Source: an uncultured delta proteobacterium (GTDB lineage: Bacteria; Myxococcota_A; Polyangia; Haliangiales; Haliangiaceae). Taken from it: a DNA stretch of 64,000 nt. The stretch spans positions 270,296-334,295 of the forward strand of contig CAWKDB010000004.1 of the NCBI GenBank assembly GCA_963848295.1. Reading direction: 5' to 3'. The notes under the pieces were generated by a model. That model was not told where the DNA came from. It worked only from the letters and a program-made list of their open reading frames with translations, and ran no database searches. This document shows positions 57,713-64,000 of the stretch, in pieces. Both the position numbers and the translations under genes were made by a program. Numbering within the stretch: the first letter of the stretch is position 1; each line of letters starts with the position of its first letter.

Positions 57713-58291
57713 ATGCGGTATGCCAAGCTTGTCACCGCTCCGACCACGAACCTGGATTACTGCTTTGCCGGGAGGATCCTTCATTCTGAGACCTGCGATA
57801 TCCGGATTTCCGACGGCGACAAAATCGGCACTCGCTATCCCGGTGACCCGTTTTCGGTGGAGGTGCACTTTGATCCCGAGATTCCTGGAGTGAAGCTGCC
57901 GACGTTGATCGGCAATACCCGGTCGCTCTTGATGGTGTCGGCGCAGGCCGTTGCACTGTTCGAGAAGCACCTCGATCTCGGTGACCACGAGTCTTTTCCG
58001 TTTTCACTCGTCAATCACAAAGGGCGCGTCCATAGCAAGGACTACGTATTCCTCAATCCGGTTGGCTCGCATGACGTCGCGGATCCAAGCTCCGTATTCG
58101 TGCGCTTCCGCAGCGGACGGATCTACAAATGCGGCAAGTGGATCCTCGTCGAAGCCAAGCTGCAGGGATTCCCCGATCTCATCCGTCCCTGTGAGCTGAC
58201 CACCGTGTACCTGGTCAGCGAACGCTTCATCGCGTTGGTGGAGGAGCATCGATTGACCAACTTCCAATTCGAACACCTTCAGCACGTCTAG
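57713..58291 (+). CDS. Imm11 (DUF1629)-like immunity protein
   Basis: KLPTLIGNT..LLMVS, LVNHKGRVHSKDYVFLNP and YLVSERF...LTNF. Directly follows the AHH domain. Confidence 0.75.
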   Translation: MRYAKLVTAPTTNLDYCFAGRILHSETCDIRISDGDKIGTRYPGDPFSVEVHFDPEIPGVKLPTLIGNTRSLLMVSAQAVALFEKHLDLGDHESFPFSLVNHKGRVHSKDYVFLNPVGSHDVADPSSVFVRFRSGRIYKCGKWILVEAKLQGFPDLIRPCELTTVYLVSERFIALVEEHRLTNFQFEHLQHV

Positions 58292-58308
58292 CCAGAAGTG
58301 GAACTGCC

Positions 58309-60668
58309 ATGAGCGGAATGTTCCTTTCGGTCGAGGTCGATAGCGCGAATTTCATGATCCCGCGGGGAATCGCGCTGCTTTCCAAGGGCCCTCTCGCCAA
58401 ACACCAGGACATCCATCAGATCTGTACGTTCTTCCGGCAGCGCGGCATTGCGTCGCTGCTTCTCGAGGGCACTCCCGAGGCCTACTTCGTCAACGCCATG
58501 CAAAGTGCGAGCGCCTACGCGATGGAGTTGCGGCGCACGCCGGACGAAGCCAAGGTCACCTCGTTCTCCCGACCGTTGCAGGATGCCATGAGCATCGGGG
58601 ATTGGTATGCCGCCCAGGAGATTGCGCGTCTGAGTCGCACCACCTGGAATCCCGACTACGAGTACGAGGATGATTTCCTGTATGTTCGCTTCTGGCACCA
58701 TTTATTGCTGGACGCTTCGACGACAGAAATCGAGGCAACCCTGGCGCACTACCAAGAGGTCATTGGCGTTCATGCCGACGTCCGTCTGGAAGTGTGTCGC
58801 GCGCTTCACAAGCCCGACGAAGATGGGTTCGACACGGCACTGCGAGCTCTGCTAAACGAGCGCAAGGCGAAGGTCGACGACCTCGTAGGACGTACCGTGA
58901 TTCCCGAGGAGCAAGGGTCATGGATCCAGCACTTCGCCCTGGAGGGGGTCGCGTTGCTCAAGCTCGCCGAACGCCGGGGGCTACATCCGGGTCCTGGATA
59001 TCTGCACTGTCCGGACATCGTGCGCGGCGAAAGCCCCTGGGTGTGGCTCTCATCCTGATCACGCGGCCACTCGGACGGACTTTCGCAGCGGTCGTAGCGT
59101 GAGTGTCATCGCCTCGCCCCAACGATCGCTGGTTGCGAGTGCGCGGAGTTGAATGACGTGACGTGCGGTGGCGATGTTCCATCGCGACCCCGCGCGCTTC
59201 ATCCGGACCTCGACGAGAGTCTTGCACGTCGCCTCGGTGTTTCCGCTTCCAATGGGAAGTCCGGCGGCGCGGAGCGCGGCGTAGTTCATGTTCTCGTGGC
59301 CGTTGTCGAGATACGTGATCGCGTCGTGGACGGGCTCGGTCTCACCAACTTTGACATGCTCGCGGCCGGACACGCGAAGCTCGCCGAGGATGTCGAGCGC
59401 AGCTGTCTCGACGTTGAGCAGGCGAAGGCGCCACCGAGCGATCCGCTTCTCGTGGTCGCCTTCGAGCAATCGCGAGGCCGCGCCGAGTTTCTCGATGAGG
59501 TGCCAGAAATCGACGCCTTGTTTCACGACGCGGTCGACACGTGCAGCCACCCCTCGCTGGAGGTGCTCAACCAGATCGTGAGCGCCATCGCTGAGCAGCA
59601 CGACCTTGAGCCGTGGCAGCTTGCGGAGGAGCTCGTTGACATCGCCGGCGGCGCCGTGAAGGAGTCCTTCGCAGCCATCGTCGGGCATGGCGCCGTAGCG
59701 GATCGTATGCAGCGCATCCCCGTTCTTGTCGTGCAGGGTCACGGTCGCGACCCACATCATGCGCCATGCGACCGTGATCGGTCGCTTCGGCGCGTCCGGC
59801 TTTGGACGGCCTGGCGGTCGCGGACGTGGTTCGATCGTCGGAAGCGAGACCCGATCCAGTCCGACGCTGGCGCTACGAGTTTCTGGAGGCGGCTCGTACG
59901 CCGTGATCAGCGCGTCATCGATGTCCACGTTGCGCTCGCCGTACAAGTCGCCGACGGCATGAGTGACCCGATCGAAGCTGCAGCGCGAGTACACGAGTCG
60001 ACCACTCTCGGCGGCACTTGCTTCTGCATCGCGCGCCGTTCCCGCTTGGACGTGATGCGCCATGGCCCGAGCGGTCTGCGGAAGCCAGCCGTCGGCGACA
60101 ACGCCAGCCCGGAGGCTGATCGTGTCCACGACCTTGCTGTTGCGCTTGCCGTCGCGTCGATACAGCGACCGCTCGACGCTGAGCGACCCCGCCATCGTGT
60201 GATAGGCGCCCTCGCAACGGCCGACGCGCGTGTACGCCGCACCATCAATCACGATCTTCTCGGCGTCGACGTCGAGACCCGCAAGCAACCCGTGATGGGC
60301 CGCGCGTTCGATTGCCGCCGCCGCTGCTCCGACCTCGCGCTCGATGTTCGCGTAATCGATCGACTTTCCGTCGGGACCACGTTTTGCGAGCTGCTCGACT
60401 TGAGCTGCCATCCGCTGCAGCGCCGGTCCAAGTGTCTTGTGTTGATCTGCGAGTTCGATCACGATGCGAATCACGGGGCATCCTTCCGTCGAAGAGTCTT
60501 GGTAAACCCTCGATGGCACGGGCTCTGCCCCACTTTCAAGAGACGTCTGGCGCTACGCTGCGGTCCGGATCTCCTCGTCGCTGCTCAGGATGAGATCCAC
60601 ACCCAAGCCCCTTCGTCCATGATCCGAACGCCTGGATGCAAGTCGACTACATCCCCCGCCGCAAGTAA
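58309..60668 (+). pseudogene. Imm49-like immunity protein, interrupted near its 3' end by ISKra4
   Basis: EYEDDFLY, FDTALRALL and ALEGVALLKLAERRGL. After the TSD the frame resumes ESPFVHDPNAWMQVDYIPRRK* (stop 60666-60668). Confidence 0.75.
59039..60604 (-). mobile_element. ISKra4 family element; transposase 59059-60474
   Basis: IRs GGGTGTGG(C/A)TCTCATCCTGA. 8-bp TSD AAGCCCCT at 59031-59038 and 60605-60612. Motifs LSDGA, VDFWHLIEKL and LPIGSGNTEATCK..RMKRAGSRW. Confidence 0.95.
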
Positions 60669-60944
60669 CCCTCCGCGCTGGGTACCTCGCCCGGCATCGC
60701 GGCGAGACCGCGTCTGGTGCCAATATTCCGTCACAACCATTCATGCGGCCTCTCGATGGTAGAACTTGAGCAATCCGCCGAGCCGTTCCCGGCAAGCGAC
60801 TGCGCCGTTTCCGACAACGGCCTGTGTGCCGCGCATGCGCATATTGATCGATCACTTGCGTCGGTCCGGCCGAAAATTTTCCAAGCTCCCGTGATCACGT
60901 CGCCGTCGAGGAATCTTGATCACTTCGGCGATCGCGAAAGGAAG

Positions 60945-61287
60945 TCTGGGGCGCGGTGACCGCGCTGCTGCGGCGTGAAGGGCTGTACTCCTCGCACCTG
61001 ACGAGCTGGCGCCGGCAACGGGACGCCGGGCAGTTCGGCAAGACGCCCCGCAAGCGCGGCCCGGTGGCGACGCCGCCGGATCCCCGCGACAACAGATCGC
61101 CGAGCACGAGCGCAGGCTTCGCAAGGCCGAGGCGCGGGGTGACCGCTACGAGCGGCTGTGCGCACCAAAAAAATTCTCGGAGCTGTTTGGGATCCCGCTG
61201 GACAGCGAGGACGAGACGAAGAGCCGATGCGGATCGTTGATGAAACCTCCGGACCGGACGGCGTGGACGCCACATGCGCCGCGCTCA
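60945..61287 (+). mobile_element. IS3 family remnant (end of orfA, start of orfB)
   Basis: [20 protein letters not shown]...RKRGP, A7 run QKKFSELFG, then MRIVDE...GVDATCAAL. Confidence 0.72.
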
Positions 61288-61522
61288 TCGCCGCGCCGCC
61301 GAGCACGCCGAACCGATACAAGTCGTGCGTCCAGTCGAAGCCGGCGCGCGGCGCGCTCTGCGTGTACGGCACGACGAACACCGAGCCGTCGGATTGCGTG
61401 ATCGTGCGATCGAACATGCAGCCGAGGAGCAGCCACGTCACGACGATCACCGCGATCACCTCGACGAGCAGCTGCAGGTCGGCGACGCTCGGCGACGCGG
61501 CGAGGCGCTCGCGGATCGACAT
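61285..61522 (-). pseudogene. Membrane protein N-terminal fragment, truncated at the IS3 remnant
   Basis: MSIRERL...TM helix...YRFGVLGG; starts just after the upstream gene's stop. Confidence 0.5.
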
Positions 61523-61525
61523 CGC

Positions 61526-61762
61526 CTAGCGGCGCCGGCAGATCGCGACGAGGAAGCCGCCGATATCGCGCGCGATCGGGAGATCCGCGAGCCGATGCTC
61601 GAGCCACCGCACCGTGCCGCCGAGCACGGGGATCTCGAGCACCTTCGCGAGCGGCGTGATCACGCGGATCCCGCGGGTCGTCACCCACTCGAGCTCGGGC
61701 GGGAGATAACCGCGGATCGCGCGCGCGTCGTCGTAGCGCGTGAACACGTGCTCGTCGTGCGC
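61526..61762 (-). pseudogene. Class I SAM methyltransferase-like C-terminal fragment, cut by the adjacent transposase element
   Basis: EHVFTRYDD...RGIRVITP...LEHRLAD.P....GGFLVAICRR. Confidence 0.5.
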
Positions 61763-61782
61763 CAGACTTCGGGACGCTGATC

Positions 61783-63978
61783 TCATTGGTGTTGGGTTTC
61801 GAATCGTAGGGGAAGGCGCTTGTGATCACTCGGCAGGATCAGGCCTCGCTTGTTAAGATGATCGAGCAGATGATGAATCGCGTCGTGTTCGGATCGATTG
61901 GCGGCGGGTGCGAGGCGGACATGGATCGCGTGTTCGGTGACTGCCACCTTTCCCGGCGCGGCGAGCAGGTTCGCGATGAGCTTCTTCGCTTCGCGCGGTC
62001 GCTGCATGTGCGGCGCGACGAGAGCCGCCAGCTCGGACTCGGCGTTCGCGCAGACGACGCGGATCACGTCGATGATCGTCTTGAGCTTGCCGGTGTGACG
62101 GACGAGCTTGCCGGCGAGCTCGGTCTCCTCGACGGCGGCGTGGGTCGGGATCAGCGGTCGGATCGCCTCCAGATCGCGCTGCCACTGGAGCGACTCGGCG
62201 AGCTCGCTCTCGACACGGTCGCACCGCGCGTCACCGCAGCGAGCCGAGCTAGCGTGCGGCGCGCATCGCCCTCGGCGGTCCGCCAGATCCGCAGCGCGCG
62301 CTCGAGCTTTCGACGTGCCGGATTCGGGATGATCGTTCCCGGCGGGTACGGCTCGACGCGCCGACCGTCGAGTTGGTTGATGCCCCAGCGTTCGACACCG
62401 TGCTTGAAGCCGTTCTCCTGGCGCCACCGGTGCCACAGGATCTCGACGAGGCGGCCGGCCGGCAGCTTCGACACCGCGAGGAAGCTCATCTGTCGTCCGT
62501 CGTTGACCCGTACGACGATGCGACGAATCCGTCCGCGACCCGCACCGAGGTTTCGCAGCCGGCTCTCGTGCAACCCGACGTCGTCGCCAGCGATCGTCGC
62601 TGGCTCGTAAGGCCGTCGTCGGCAGCTCGGCGTATGGCTTGCGCTCGTACGTGACGAAGTCGAAGTCGGCGTCGCGCAGGGCCGCGAGTTGTTCGGCAAA
62701 CGCGCCGCCGCGATCGAAGGCGAGCAGGATCCTCTCGTCGGCGCCGAGAGCGTCGCGCAGTCGCTTGCCCAGCGGCAACAGCCAGTCGGTCAAGTGACCG
62801 TGCGACGTGACCGGTACGCGAAACATCGGTCGCCCGTCCTCGTCGTGGACGTAGTAGTCGGTCGTGCCAGGCAACACGCGCTTGCCCTGCATCCGCCAGC
62901 CCTTTCGCACGACGTGCTTGCCGGTGTACGGCCGCAGGTGGTTGTCGACGTAGAAGATCGCGGGGCCGTCGTCGTTCGCCGCGGTCGCGATCAGGCGCTC
63001 GGCCATGCGCGCTTCGAGTGCGGTGCCGCCGTCGGTCTGATCGATCAGGCGACCGAGCAGCTTGCGCACGCCGCTCGCCGACGGCACGCGCTCGGCGCGC
63101 AGCAGCGTCGCGCCGGTCGGCGTCGCGAGGCGCCGTACACCCTCGACGACAAACTGCCGGATCGCGAGCGCGCAGATCACGGCGTCGAGCGCGATCCGCA
63201 GCCCGTCGGGATGGCGCCCCTCGAAGGCGCGCTGCGCTTCCTCGTGCAGCCCCATCTCGCCGGCGAGCGCCAGCAGGATCCAGCTGCCGACGTGCTGCAC
63301 CAGCTTGCCGCCGCGCACCGGCTGCGCCGTCATCGGTACGATGTCGGCGTCGCCCTCGTCGAGCGTAACCGGATCGTCGCCGAGATCGACGTCGCGATCC
63401 TGCGCAGCGAGCGACAGGGCGAGTTGCCCTTCGACAGCCGCGACGATCTCGGCCCCCGGCTCGTTCATCGCAGGCTGATCGCGATCGTTCTGCCACTGCC
63501 GGTAGACACGCCCCACCGTCGCGTGGCTGATCCTGTGTCTGCGCGGTTGTTCGCGATAGACGTCCACGGGCATTCGCCCCTCGTCGAACCTCGCGCACCA
63601 CGCAGTCCGCAACTCCGGCGTCACCTTGCTCGTCTTCCCCTGCCGCGGCCCGATCACCGCACCAAGCCCCGTCGTTTCTTCGCGCCGCCGAAGCAGCCGC
63701 AGATATTCGTCCGTGATCCCGAATGCGGTTGCGAGTCGGCCAAGGTGCAGCTGCCCAGACTTCGCGAGCGTCACCACGAGTACGTTCCGTGGTCCGCGAT
63801 CGTCGTCCTCGACGTCGAACGTGCCGATCAGCGTGCCGCTGATGAACACGCTCGCCCTCGTTTCACGCACGATCACCACACCGTCCGACGAGAAACGCCG
63901 GACGTCGTACTCAGGCTCGGGCGACGACTCGATCAGGGGCAGGTCGAGAGCTTCCATCGCCCGCACAACAACCGCCAA
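61783..63978 (-). mobile_element. Large putative DDE transposase of unassigned family (internal compensating frameshifts about 62230-62610)
   Basis: N-terminal HTHs, FYVDNHLRPYTGK, LAFDRGG and RWRQENGFK in the shifted frame. Confidence 0.8.
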
Positions 63979-64000
63979 CCGATCCGGATTCCCACAATCC

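Noticed and set aside
60715..60860. Terminus of another IS (GTGCCAATATTCCGTCA...)
   Set aside because: It looks like an IS end but has no partner IR, TSD or transposase in the window.

Overview
GC-rich window that looks like Myxococcota (Haliangiales/Kofleriaceae-like), judged from the MYXO-CTERM tail, kinase-STAND, PEGA and AgmX-type domains. 1-18 kb is backbone-like. It holds a kinase-nSTAND gene coupled to two NHL-repeat lipoproteins, a divergent TPR/PEGA gene, an MFS transporter, an FAD monooxygenase, a Sel1 protein and a MYXO-CTERM surface protein. 18-64 kb is a composite accessory island punctuated by minus-strand 3' fragments of tmRNA (three copies), tRNA-Ala(CGC) (one clear copy and one cut by IS21) and a probable tRNA-Met end. 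These att-like scars delimit small integrase-less cassettes: an aspartic-protease pair and a ParE-type TA pair. They also delimit larger cargo: a proteasome-like Ntn hydrolase, two HNH-like genes, a GAF-like plus Schlafen/AlbA_2 pair, an Mrr-type nuclease, a secreted RHS locus and a broken tyrosine integrase. Further right is an AHH toxin-Imm11-Imm49 relic. At least seven IS types are present: IS630, ISAzo13, IS4, IS21, IS66, ISKra4 and an IS3 remnant, plus an unclassified transposase. Four have readable TSDs. Many genes appear leaderless (TANNNT 5-7 nt before the start codon). Numerous single-base frameshifts, densest at about 37.2-47.3 kb, probably include sequencing errors. All family calls are from motif recognition by eye; no database search was run.
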